Shown here: in pieces, positions 19,957-29,466 of the stretch
Numbering within the stretch: the stretch's first letter is position 1
Layout: each line of letters opens with the position of its first letter
NCBI GenBank assembly: GCA_963793265.1
Contig: CAWBZI010000001.1
Span: forward strand, 768,001-832,000
Length of the DNA stretch: 64,000 nucleotides
Direction: 5' to 3'
Origin: an uncultured cyanobacterium
GTDB taxonomy: Bacteria; Cyanobacteriota; Cyanobacteriia; Phormidesmidales; Phormidesmidaceae
Translations under genes and position numbers: made by a program
The notes under the pieces: model-generated
What the model was told of the DNA's origin: nothing
What the model saw: the letters and a program-made list of their open reading frames with translations, nothing else
Database searches by the model: none

Positions 19957-22551
19957 ATGGCCAACGTCTACGCAAGTCTCGTCGATCAATCCAGCCGGAA
20001 GCCCTTTGAACTGCCCGGCGCATATCCCCACTACAACCCCGATCGCCCTGGCCAAGTAGAACACATTGCCCTAGACCTGGCTTTCGACATTCCCAATAAA
20101 AGCTACAGCGGCACCTGCCAAGTCCGCATCGCCCCCATCGTCGATGGCATCACCAGCCTGACCATGGACGCCGTAGATCTCAATATCAAAAGTGTCAAAA
20201 TCGGCAGCACCCAGCAGCCCTTTGACTACGACGGTGAACTGCTCAAAATTTCGCTCAAAAAGCCGACAGCATTCGGTAAGCCTTTCACCCTCACCATCGA
20301 CTACGCCAACGAAAACCCACAGCGCGGCATCTACTTTGTCGGCCCCGACGAGCACTATCCCGATAAGCCTACTCAGGTATGGACACAGGGCGAAGATGAA
20401 GACTCTCGCTTTTGGTTTCCTTGCTTTGACTATCCCGGTCAGCTTGCCACTTCGGAGATCAAAGCTAGAGTGCCTAAGAAGTTTGTTGTTGTTTCTAATG
20501 GTGAACTTGTTGGCACTAAGGCTGAAGGTGATGACAAAATTTATCACTGGAAGCTGGAGAAGGTTCATCCTAGCTATTTGATGGCGCTGGCGATCGCACA
20601 GTTTGATGAGATTAAAGACGAGTGGAACGGCAAGCCAGTTCGCTACTACTTTGAGAAAGGGCGTAAGGCAGAAGCCAAGCTTACGATGGGCAAAACGCCG
20701 CAGATGATGGCGGCGCTGAGCAAGTGGTTTGGCTACGACTATCCGTTTTCTAATTACGATCAGGTGTGCGTCAGCGACTTCATTTTTGGCGGCATGGAAA
20801 ACACTACCACGACCTTGCTCACTGACCGCTGCATGATCGATAAGCGAGCCGCCATAGATAACGAGCGCGCCGAAACCTTAGTGGCTCACGAGCTAGCGCA
20901 TCAGTGGTTTGGTGATTTGATTGTGATTAACCACTGGTCGCAGGCGTGGGTAAAAGAAGGCGCGGCGACTTATTCAGAGGTGCTGTGGATAGAAGAGACT
21001 TTGGGCAAAGAAGAAGCGCTGTACTATCACCTTAATCATGCGCGGGCCTACCTGAGTGAAGACAAAAGCCGCTACCGCCGCCCGCTGGTCACACATATTT
21101 ATCGCGAGGCCATTGAGCTTTACGATCGCCATATTTACGAGAAAGGCTCATGCGTGTATCACATGATTCGCACGGAGCTAGGCGATGAGCTGTTTACCAG
21201 AACGCTGAGTACGCTACTGACAGATAACGCTCACAGCACCGTTGAAACCATTGACTTACTTCGCGCTATTGACAAAGCGACGGGCCGAAATCTGCGCTTT
21301 TTGTTCGATCAATATGTGTACAGAGGTGGACATCCTGACTACAAAATTGGCTATAGCTGGGATGGCGACAGCAGCTTAGCAAAGCTGACGGTGACGCAAA
21401 CTCAGGTAGAGGACGGCAAGTCTCAAGTGCAAGAAGGTTTGTTTGATCTCAAAATACCGATTGGGTTCGGCTACGTTACTGACGGCAAGGCAGACGTTAA
21501 AACAATTAAAGTACGAGTGCACGAGCGTGAGCAGGCTTTGTACTTTCCATTAGAAAAGAAGCCCGACTTCATTAGCTTTGACGTTGAAAATCATCTGCTC
21601 AAAACGGTGGAGCTAACCTACCCGGTTGCTGAACTCAAGGCTCAGCTAAAGCACGATCCTGATCCAATCTCTCGCTTATTTGCTGCTGAGGCTTTGGCGA
21701 AAAAAGGCAGTTTAGAAGCGGTTGCGGCCTTAGAGAAATCGCTTAGTGATGATCCTTTCTGGGCCGTTCGCGCAGAAGTTGCCGAACAGCTTGGGGGCGT
21801 ACAGCTTGCTCAAGCTGAAACGGCTTTGATTAAAGGATTGAAAGATAAAAGCGCGAAGGTTCGCAGGGCAGTGGTTGCAGCACTTGGCGGTGTTAAGACG
21901 GCGGATAGCTACAAGGCGCTGAAAGGCGTGGTAGAAAAGGGTGACGAAAGCTATTACGTAGAGGCTGAAGCGGCTAAGTCGCTGGGCAAAGTTGGTACGG
22001 CAACAATTGATGGCAAAGAGAAAGAGAAGAAAACGCTGAAGCTGTTGGATATGGTTTTGCAAGAGCGGGCGGGTTGGAATGAGGTGGTGAGAAGTGGTGC
22101 GATCGCTGGACTCTCCCAGTTCAAAACCTCCGAAGCCGCCTTGGATTTACTCCTTCCTTACACCGAACTCGGCGTACCTCAAGCCCTTCGCCTAGTCGCC
22201 ATTCGCTCACTCGGCGCAATTTCTTTAGGCCAAGAGAAGCTTGCCGTTGAGAGAATTTTAGAACGGCTAGAGGCACTAGCGCGTGAAGACTTCTTTTTAA
22301 CGCAGGTTGCAACAGTCGGCGCATTGGCGCAAATGGAAGTACGCGGGGCGATTAAGATTTTGCGTCAGCTTGCAGATCATAGTCCTGATGGTAGGGTGAA
22401 GCGGCGGGCGGATGAGGCAGCGCAGAAGGTCGGGAAGAAGATTGGGTCGGATAAGGCGATCGCTGATCTTCGCCAGGAGCTTGATGAGGTGAAAAACACA
22501 AATAAAGATCTCAAAAGTCGCTTAGAAAGTTTGGAGGCGAAGGCAAAATAA
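19957..22551 (+). CDS. M1-family aminopeptidase with C-terminal HEAT repeats
   Basis: GGMEN, HELAH-x18-E zinc motif, IYEKG; HEAT/PBS-like repeats and a coiled-coil tail. Confidence 0.93.
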   Translation: MANVYASLVDQSSRKPFELPGAYPHYNPDRPGQVEHIALDLAFDIPNKSYSGTCQVRIAPIVDGITSLTMDAVDLNIKSVKIGSTQQPFDYDGELLKISLKKPTAFGKPFTLTIDYANENPQRGIYFVGPDEHYPDKPTQVWTQGEDEDSRFWFPCFDYPGQLATSEIKARVPKKFVVVSNGELVGTKAEGDDKIYHWKLEKVHPSYLMALAIAQFDEIKDEWNGKPVRYYFEKGRKAEAKLTMGKTPQMMAALSKWFGYDYPFSNYDQVCVSDFIFGGMENTTTTLLTDRCMIDKRAAIDNERAETLVAHELAHQWFGDLIVINHWSQAWVKEGAATYSEVLWIEETLGKEEALYYHLNHARAYLSEDKSRYRRPLVTHIYREAIELYDRHIYEKGSCVYHMIRTELGDELFTRTLSTLLTDNAHSTVETIDLLRAIDKATGRNLRFLFDQYVYRGGHPDYKIGYSWDGDSSLAKLTVTQTQVEDGKSQVQEGLFDLKIPIGFGYVTDGKADVKTIKVRVHEREQALYFPLEKKPDFISFDVENHLLKTVELTYPVAELKAQLKHDPDPISRLFAAEALAKKGSLEAVAALEKSLSDDPFWAVRAEVAEQLGGVQLAQAETALIKGLKDKSAKVRRAVVAALGGVKTADSYKALKGVVEKGDESYYVEAEAAKSLGKVGTATIDGKEKEKKTLKLLDMVLQERAGWNEVVRSGAIAGLSQFKTSEAALDLLLPYTELGVPQALRLVAIRSLGAISLGQEKLAVERILERLEALAREDFFLTQVATVGALAQMEVRGAIKILRQLADHSPDGRVKRRADEAAQKVGKKIGSDKAIADLRQELDEVKNTNKDLKSRLESLEAKAK

Positions 22552-22692
22552 AATCTTAGTTTTGATAGCCAGCTATCGAAGGCGTATTGTCAAGCTGCAT
22601 AGAGGCAGTGATCTCTTGCTAAAGTCAACGATACGCCAGGTGCCTAAAATGATATATGGTGTGACAGGCACTCAGCAGATGAGCGTTTAAAA

Positions 22693-23505
22693 TTGCCTCA
22701 AATCCTCTTCTGGAACGTCAATAAAAAGGACTTGACTGGTCTTGTCTGTGAAATTGCTGCATCCACGGATGCTGACGTCGTTGTATTAAACGAAAACACA
22801 GTTCCAAGCGCAGATACTCTCCAACAGCTTCAAAGTGAGGTTTTAGAGAGCTTCTATTATCCAACAGCCATCTCCGAAGCAAGGTTTCACTGCTTTTGCA
22901 AAAAGCCTGAGCTTGACCTATCTGAGACTAACGCGGCTTTTCGGACTAGCGTGAGGGCACTCAGAATTGGACGGCACAGACTTTTACTGGCACTGGTTCA
23001 CGGTGTTGATTCTCGCAACTACGACCGTGAAGCTCAGCAGTCGTCCGCGCAATCTTTAGCGAGCGATATGAGACTTATCAAGGATCAGCAAAATACAAAT
23101 AAACTCATAATGCTCGGTGACTTCAACATAAATCCATATGATAGAGGCATGAATCTAGCGGCTGGGCTAAACGCAATGATGACGAAAGCTTGTGTAGAAC
23201 GCGGAAGTCGAAAGCTCAACGGTAAGCGCTATGATTTTTACTATAATCCAATGTGGAGCTTATTTGGAGACAACACGGCTGGCCCCGCTGGCACTGTTTA
23301 TGACACCAGCAGTCAAGGCCCTTATGGATGGAGTATGTTCGATCAAGTGATAATGAGCTATTCGGTTATAGACCTTTTTTGCGACGTAAAAATTGTGACT
23401 GAAGCAGGAACAAAATCGCTTATGGATCAAAAAGGACGTCCCGATACCAAAAACGCATCAGATCACTTTCCTATACTTGTAGAATTTCGTGAGGAGCAAG
23501 CATGA
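22693..23505 (+). CDS. Endonuclease/exonuclease/phosphatase (EEP) family protein
   Basis: LFWNV, VVLNE, MLGDFNINP, FDQV and SDHFPI catalytic motifs. Confidence 0.85.
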   Translation: MPQILFWNVNKKDLTGLVCEIAASTDADVVVLNENTVPSADTLQQLQSEVLESFYYPTAISEARFHCFCKKPELDLSETNAAFRTSVRALRIGRHRLLLALVHGVDSRNYDREAQQSSAQSLASDMRLIKDQQNTNKLIMLGDFNINPYDRGMNLAAGLNAMMTKACVERGSRKLNGKRYDFYYNPMWSLFGDNTAGPAGTVYDTSSQGPYGWSMFDQVIMSYSVIDLFCDVKIVTEAGTKSLMDQKGRPDTKNASDHFPILVEFREEQA

Positions 23506-23999
23506 GTAGTTTTTGGCCAGCAGACATTAAGCTCAGTGATACGCAGTCACCGCAGGAAATTCTTAAAGCAGCAAAGGAAGATTGGCAAACGAGTAGCGAT
23601 GGAGTGATGGATTTAGTTTTGCAAGATGCAGAGTCTGAGTCTGGCAACTCAATGATAATAGTTCACGCAAAGCATGTCTTAAGCAATCGAACCGCTGCCC
23701 TGTTTTCAGTCGTTCATCGGCCTGCTCATCCCTATCCTGTAGCAATTCAGCTAAAGGAAAAAGAGCTGCCAGATTTTTTGAAGAAATCTTACTATCGGGA
23801 AGATTCCGTTATCTCTCCAAACCGTAATACAGCCATCCTGAGTAAGGCGCTAGGAACAGTGTCTAATAGATGGGTATCAGACACACCTCCTGAGTTTCGG
23901 GAAAGACTTACTGATGCATTCAATCTAGGATCTGTCAAAAGTGAGATTCTAAACTTAGCATCTGTCGCAAAAGAGAACAGAGGTAGCGAGAAGGCTTAA
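23502..23999 (+). CDS. Hypothetical protein translationally coupled to the EEP gene
   Basis: ATGA overlap with the EEP stop; GAGGAG upstream. Confidence 0.75.
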   Translation: MSSFWPADIKLSDTQSPQEILKAAKEDWQTSSDGVMDLVLQDAESESGNSMIIVHAKHVLSNRTAALFSVVHRPAHPYPVAIQLKEKELPDFLKKSYYREDSVISPNRNTAILSKALGTVSNRWVSDTPPEFRERLTDAFNLGSVKSEILNLASVAKENRGSEKA

Positions 24000-24037
24000 G
24001 GAAAATAGCGGTCTGACTTTGATAGCGACCTCAGAAG

Positions 24038-24412
24038 TCATATTTCAGTGCCTTCTTCTTCAATTAGCTGCTTTAAGGTAGGCGAGCTACATAACTCTGG
24101 CTCAATCAAATCCACTTTAATGTCTGCTGACAAATCATTTACAGCGCCCAAAGCTTTGAAGTATTGTTCTGGTGCAATATCCCAAACTGCCAAATCTATA
24201 TCAGACCATCTGGTATATCTATCCTTATCCACCAGCGAGCCAAATACCTTCACGCGAGATGCCCCAAATTGCTCTCGCAATAAGTCGGCTAGTTTGGGCA
24301 GTCTCGCTTGCGCTTTTGCCCAGCGCTCTGGATCTAACCCCTTGCCTAAATTACGGGTAGGGTCATACTGCTTTAATTCCTCGGGTGTAAGCTGACTAAC
24401 TGTCTTAGCCAT
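24038..24412 (-). CDS. Minimal nucleotidyltransferase (MNT-type)
   Basis: VFGSL...WSDIDLAVW...KVDLI (GS..DxD..D). Confidence 0.85.
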   Translation of the reverse strand: MAKTVSQLTPEELKQYDPTRNLGKGLDPERWAKAQARLPKLADLLREQFGASRVKVFGSLVDKDRYTRWSDIDLAVWDIAPEQYFKALGAVNDLSADIKVDLIEPELCSSPTLKQLIEEEGTEI

Positions 24413-24590
24413 ACGTTGGTCTTAACTAAACGGCCCAATCGTGAACCGTCAAAATCTAGAATCATAATAGCAACGATTGGCTTTGCGAACTTCAGCTTAA
24501 AAAATTAGTCGAATATACGAAAAGATGTCACGAATTTGACTATCGTAGTTTGAAGTTATACGTAGACAGTTTGAGCCCGACTGCTTTCAA

Positions 24591-26078
24591 ATGACCACCC
24601 TGCTTAAAGACCGCTTTGAGATTGAATCGCAGTTGAGCCGTACGGATTTTAGTACGGTGTTTTTGGGGTGCGATCGCAAATACGCCCACCAGCCCCCCTG
24701 TCTAATCACAGCAATTCCCTACCAGCAGCGCGAAATTCGGCACCGCCTAGAACGTGAGGCCCAGATCCTAGAACGCCTCAGCCACCATCCCCAAATCCCA
24801 AGACTACTGAGCTACTTCTACAAAGCCGATCCTGACGATAAGCAAGCGGGCGTTTTCTACCTCGTTCAAGACCGCATCGAAGGCCATCCGATTAGCCAGG
24901 AAATTTTGGCTGAAGCAGGCAAACCTAAAAAACTAAGTGAAGGCTATGTCACTAAGCTAATTAAAGACGTACTTGTGCCGCTAGCCTCTGCGCACGAGCA
25001 GGGCGTGGTTCATCAACGGCTGCATCCGCAGCATTTAATTCGTCAGGATGTAGATGGGCAGGTGTTTTTGACTGAGTTTGGTGCGATCGCTAAAATCGCC
25101 CAAAGCAAAATCACCAGCCAGGGCACTACCGGCAGCAGCATCCCTAATGCCCTACATCCCTACACCGCCCCCGAACAGCTTTCGACTGAAATTGGGCCAC
25201 AACCAGCTAGCGATCTTTATGCGCTCGGGCTGATTGCGATTGAAGCGCTCACCGGAGAGTCACACCATAGCTTTACCTACGATCCTAATAAAGGCTTGCA
25301 GTGGCGAGAGCAGGTAGAGGTGAGCCTGCCGCTCGCAGAATTTATTGACCGGATGATTCGTCATGACTGGCGCGATCGCTTTCCCAAAGCCCAAGACGCG
25401 CTGCAAACTTTCAAAGCCCAAACGGCACGCCAGCAAATTGCCAACAATAGCCGCCTGCCGACCGTAATCGCCGCACCCGGCGGCAAGTTCGCTAGAGGAC
25501 AAACCACTCAAGTCGGGCAAACCCAACGCGGATCAACGACTCAGAGCCATCGGCCAAAGGCCATACCGCTTAATCCCGCTATCTTCAAGTTCTTGATTGG
25601 CAGTGTCGCCGCCATGCTAGCTGTTGGGATCGGCGTCAAATCCTATCAGTGGGGTGAATATCGGTTGAGCCAGCTACCGCAAACCTGGCAGGACTGGCGG
25701 GAATCAGAAGGTGAAGAACCTGAAGCCGCTGAGCCTGATGCGCTGGTGCCGCTGATGCAAGACGGCAGCATTTTGATGCAGCCTGAAGCCGCGATCGCCT
25801 TTTGGGAAATGGTCGCAGCCGCACGCAGCGAAGATATTGAGCTTTACCCACTCTCAAGCTACATCGAAGGCGATGATGACTACGCCACGGGGTATGTCGT
25901 TGATATTGGCGGGCCAGAAGAGGCCACAGACAAACAGGCTGATTTTGCCGAAACGTCCGCTTTCATATGGCTTAAAGACAACGCCAAGGCTCACGGATTC
26001 GAGCTAGCCGTAGCCCAAGACAGATGGCTCGGCACCCAATTTAAAGCGCCCTGGCGCTGGCGCTATCGTGAAAAATAG
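24591..26078 (+). CDS. Ser/Thr pseudokinase - TM - degenerate VanY (peptidase M15B)-like protein
   Basis: Kinase-fold remnants (REAQIL..L.HHPQIP, YTAPEQ, SDLYALG), TM helix, VanY-like tail (WLKDNAKAHGF, PWRWRY). Confidence 0.8.
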   Translation: MTTLLKDRFEIESQLSRTDFSTVFLGCDRKYAHQPPCLITAIPYQQREIRHRLEREAQILERLSHHPQIPRLLSYFYKADPDDKQAGVFYLVQDRIEGHPISQEILAEAGKPKKLSEGYVTKLIKDVLVPLASAHEQGVVHQRLHPQHLIRQDVDGQVFLTEFGAIAKIAQSKITSQGTTGSSIPNALHPYTAPEQLSTEIGPQPASDLYALGLIAIEALTGESHHSFTYDPNKGLQWREQVEVSLPLAEFIDRMIRHDWRDRFPKAQDALQTFKAQTARQQIANNSRLPTVIAAPGGKFARGQTTQVGQTQRGSTTQSHRPKAIPLNPAIFKFLIGSVAAMLAVGIGVKSYQWGEYRLSQLPQTWQDWRESEGEEPEAAEPDALVPLMQDGSILMQPEAAIAFWEMVAAARSEDIELYPLSSYIEGDDDYATGYVVDIGGPEEATDKQADFAETSAFIWLKDNAKAHGFELAVAQDRWLGTQFKAPWRWRYREK

Positions 26079-26285
26079 AAAAATCAACCAAATTAGATAT
26101 TTCAGTGATATTCTCCATGCAAACGCACCTAAAATCCTTTAAACCATAAAGGTAGCGTGAATGAAACTTGACGAGAGCTGAACAAAATAACGAGAACTCG
26201 CGACTTAATATGTAGTAGGCAGCAATACTGCCACTAGGGCTATTTGATACCTCTTCCTATTCACAGCGTCGTCACCCACCTATCC

Positions 26286-26696
26286 ATGCAACCCATCCGC
26301 CCAGAGTCTTCACACCTAACGGCTTACTACAAAGCAACGTTCAGCATATTTTTTGTGGCAATTGGCGGTGTTGGCATAGTGGTGAGCCTGTGGGTGGGCG
26401 CGCAGGCAGGCGGCGCTTTATCGCAGCCGATATTAAGCGCGCTGCTATTTTTGATGATTGTGCTATTCGGACTCTACTGCCTCAACCGCCCTTACTTTTT
26501 GCTAGAGCCACACCAGCTTACGGTCTACAATCTGTTCGGCATTGTGACCAAGCGATACACCTTCGATTCTTGGGACGTGGTGAAAGCTGACAGTCGTCGC
26601 ATTTATATTGACGATGAGGGTATTACTAAAAAAGTGCCGGTCGCACCCTGGCTCGTCAAAACAAACGATTGGATTGCGATGCGGAAGCTTTTGTAA
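26286..26696 (+). CDS. Hypothetical membrane protein (two TM helices)
   Basis: Two hydrophobic helices followed by a small beta-rich domain. Confidence 0.7.
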   Translation: MQPIRPESSHLTAYYKATFSIFFVAIGGVGIVVSLWVGAQAGGALSQPILSALLFLMIVLFGLYCLNRPYFLLEPHQLTVYNLFGIVTKRYTFDSWDVVKADSRRIYIDDEGITKKVPVAPWLVKTNDWIAMRKLL

Positions 26697-27272
26697 TTCA
26701 TTTGAAGTAAGCTAATTCGTCTATTTAGAGCCGGTTATTGTGCTTTATGGCACTTTACCGCTGAAAGAGCGATTGCCAACACAAGGAAAAAAGCCTTACA
26801 TCAGCTTACATCTACACAACTAAATAAAGCTCCGGTAAAATCGCTTCATCTTTGACGCAAAGCATTAGAGTCTGTTGTTTCATAGAATCATACTGACGCA
26901 ACCGTGAAAAGTCTCAAGTATGCCTTCATTTAGGCTGTAATTCAGACAAAATCAGGTGCATTGCTCATCTACACTTCTCACCTATAAAAGCTGCTTCGAC
27001 CTTACGATCGCCCGTCAGCACTCCCTACGTAAATAGGCGCTGATTCTCCCGATCGTCAGAACCTGATCAACACGCCTGATCAACAAACCGCATCTATCTA
27101 TAGAAGGCATACACAATCGCACCTTTGCTGCGGTTCCAACAGCCTTTTTTATACAGACAGCTTATACAGACAACACGCATACTTTGTCGCGACCTTCTCT
27201 ACCGCGACAACAGATCCTAGCGACTGTCTATAAATCTCTTTTTACTTTACACATTATTTCAGTAAGGAAACT

Positions 27273-29345
27273 ATGACTGCGACGCCTCTAAATCGCTTCT
27301 TGAGACGCCAACTTCATAATCGCCGTCCGGTTAGAGTATGCGCAGGATTGTTGGCCGCTAGTGTGGCTGTTCCCGAAGCTGCTATGGCACAAACGCCTGT
27401 GACCCGCAGCATTCCTAGCAACTATAGCTGTTACAACACTAACGCGATCGCCATCGACGACTGGAACACAGTAGACATGACGGCTTTTTCGCAGGCAGCC
27501 CAACAAGCCGGTGGGCAGACGCTACGAGTGCCTGGCGGTGACACTGCAAACTACTGGAACTGGGAGAATTACGAGTACGAGCCGGGTAAATTTTCTAACT
27601 ATGGCGATGACGGTGGCATTGTTCACTGGTACGACTACATCAATCAGACTCCGGCCTCGCGCGAGCCTAATATATATCCTTTCTTTTTACCGCAGCAGCT
27701 TCCTGACAGCATCAGATATGAGTACAACACTAACGCCACCCTCGGAAATGTAAAAAGGCTGATCGACGGTGCGCAAGCAGAGCCCATTTGGGTGATGAAT
27801 ATGACCACCTCTTTTTTAGAGAAAGAGATTGATCACCTCAAAAAAGCCGCTGCTTTGGGCATGTCTGTCAACCGCATTGAGCTGGGCAATGAGCTGTACT
27901 TTAGCGGCGGCTTCAACACTCCGCCCGGACAGTTTGGCAACTACGAGAGGCAAGACTTTGGCGGCGCGATTCCTCAAGTGGGCGGTCTAGAGCTTGCAGA
28001 AGACTACGCCGCCGCTGCAAAAACCTGGGCCGACGCCGTGAGAGTTGAGTTTCCCAACGCTGAGATTGCCCTCACAGGCGTAACGGTTGAAGGCAATCCT
28101 TCTACCCGAATTCAAGACTGGATGCCTGAGCTAATGGCAGCGCAGGGGTCTGATGGTCGCAGCGCCTTTGATGCGGTCGATGCATTTACGATTCATCCTT
28201 ATTACAATTCGTCTGATATTGGGATAACGGCGGCAGATATTGGCGATCGCACCAGAGCCGGTGACATTGCCCGCAGCGGCATGACCAAGCTCCGCACCAT
28301 CCTGGCCGACTCTGCTATTGACCCTAACTACACCGTCAATGGCATTCAGGTAAATCAAGAGCTTCAGGGTAAAAAGTTGTGGATCACAGAGCACAACATC
28401 ATTGAGCCAAACGATCGGGTTGTAGTTGGTAACACCTGGGTCGGCGCGCTCATGGTGGATATGCACAATCACGAATTCTTAAAAGACGCTCGCGTAGATG
28501 TGTCTTGCGCTCACGTGCTTACCGGCAACCCGCAGTGGCAGGCGATCGCAGACGAAGACGGTAAAGTCATCGATCCTAACAACCGGGGCACCAGCAACTC
28601 TTTTACTGACGGCACGACCGCTAGACCACACGCCCAGCCGTTCTCACAAACGGCGACTGGATTTGTGCTGGGCAAAAGCGCCGACATTTTTACCGATGGC
28701 ACCGCAACGCTGCTGCACGATGGGGTAGCCTCTACCGCTTGGCGAGTAGAAAACAGCACGTCAGACACAATTTCAGCTATCAACGCCAGTGACATAGACG
28801 AGTTTTTTGAGCTGCCTTTAGGCAAAGTTTGGGAGGTGCTTACCTATATCGGAGATCCCTGGGCCACGATTGATGGCGACGAAGATCTTGAGATTGCCCT
28901 CGAAATTTTAACGGGCGGTTCGCTTCTAAAGATTCCAGCTTTTAGCAAGCTAATTGCCACTGCCGATGCGACGCTACTAGGGCCGCAACAGCCTGATGGG
29001 GAAGAAGTCATTGACCCTGAAGCCGATCCTGAAATCGTGCTTGAAGATGATCCTACAGTGCCAGAGCCACAGGCACCCGGCAGCGAGGAAGCCGAAGCGC
29101 CGGTTGTTTTGTTGCCTGCGCAGCCAGAGCCCACGCAACCGGATCCCGCACAACCAGTTGTTAGCGCACCAGCTTCCCCCATACTTCCTGCTTCTCCCCA
29201 GCCTAGTCTTCAGCCATCTGATGAAGAAGCGAAATCTGTGCCTGAGCCTTCTGCAATTTTGGGTTTGGGCTTAGCGGCGGCAGGATTGGCCGCTTCTCGC
29301 CGTCGTCGGTGGCAAAAGCAGCCCAAGTTTTCATCAGCGGCATAG
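27273..29345 (+). CDS. Secreted clan GH-A-like glycoside hydrolase with PEP-CTERM sorting domain
   Basis: Signal peptide (AAMA/Q), LRVPGG, IELGNELY, TIHPYY, LWITEHN; Pro-rich linker; VPEPSAILGLGLAAAGLAASRRRR. Confidence 0.8.
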   Translation: MTATPLNRFLRRQLHNRRPVRVCAGLLAASVAVPEAAMAQTPVTRSIPSNYSCYNTNAIAIDDWNTVDMTAFSQAAQQAGGQTLRVPGGDTANYWNWENYEYEPGKFSNYGDDGGIVHWYDYINQTPASREPNIYPFFLPQQLPDSIRYEYNTNATLGNVKRLIDGAQAEPIWVMNMTTSFLEKEIDHLKKAAALGMSVNRIELGNELYFSGGFNTPPGQFGNYERQDFGGAIPQVGGLELAEDYAAAAKTWADAVRVEFPNAEIALTGVTVEGNPSTRIQDWMPELMAAQGSDGRSAFDAVDAFTIHPYYNSSDIGITAADIGDRTRAGDIARSGMTKLRTILADSAIDPNYTVNGIQVNQELQGKKLWITEHNIIEPNDRVVVGNTWVGALMVDMHNHEFLKDARVDVSCAHVLTGNPQWQAIADEDGKVIDPNNRGTSNSFTDGTTARPHAQPFSQTATGFVLGKSADIFTDGTATLLHDGVASTAWRVENSTSDTISAINASDIDEFFELPLGKVWEVLTYIGDPWATIDGDEDLEIALEILTGGSLLKIPAFSKLIATADATLLGPQQPDGEEVIDPEADPEIVLEDDPTVPEPQAPGSEEAEAPVVLLPAQPEPTQPDPAQPVVSAPASPILPASPQPSLQPSDEEAKSVPEPSAILGLGLAAAGLAASRRRRWQKQPKFSSAA

Positions 29346-29466
29346 CATCTACGTTCATTTAGAAGACAAACTTTCAAGCAGCAAATCAATAGAAATTTTA
29401 CAGCGGCTTCTACGGCGGTGGCTGACTCTCAGCCTTGCTTTGTTCGGCAACATAAACGTACTCGTC

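Noticed and set aside
26830..26905. GACGCAAAGC suggested a c-di-GMP-I riboswitch
   Set aside because: No GNRA-capped P2 stem, and the spacing does not fit the aptamer
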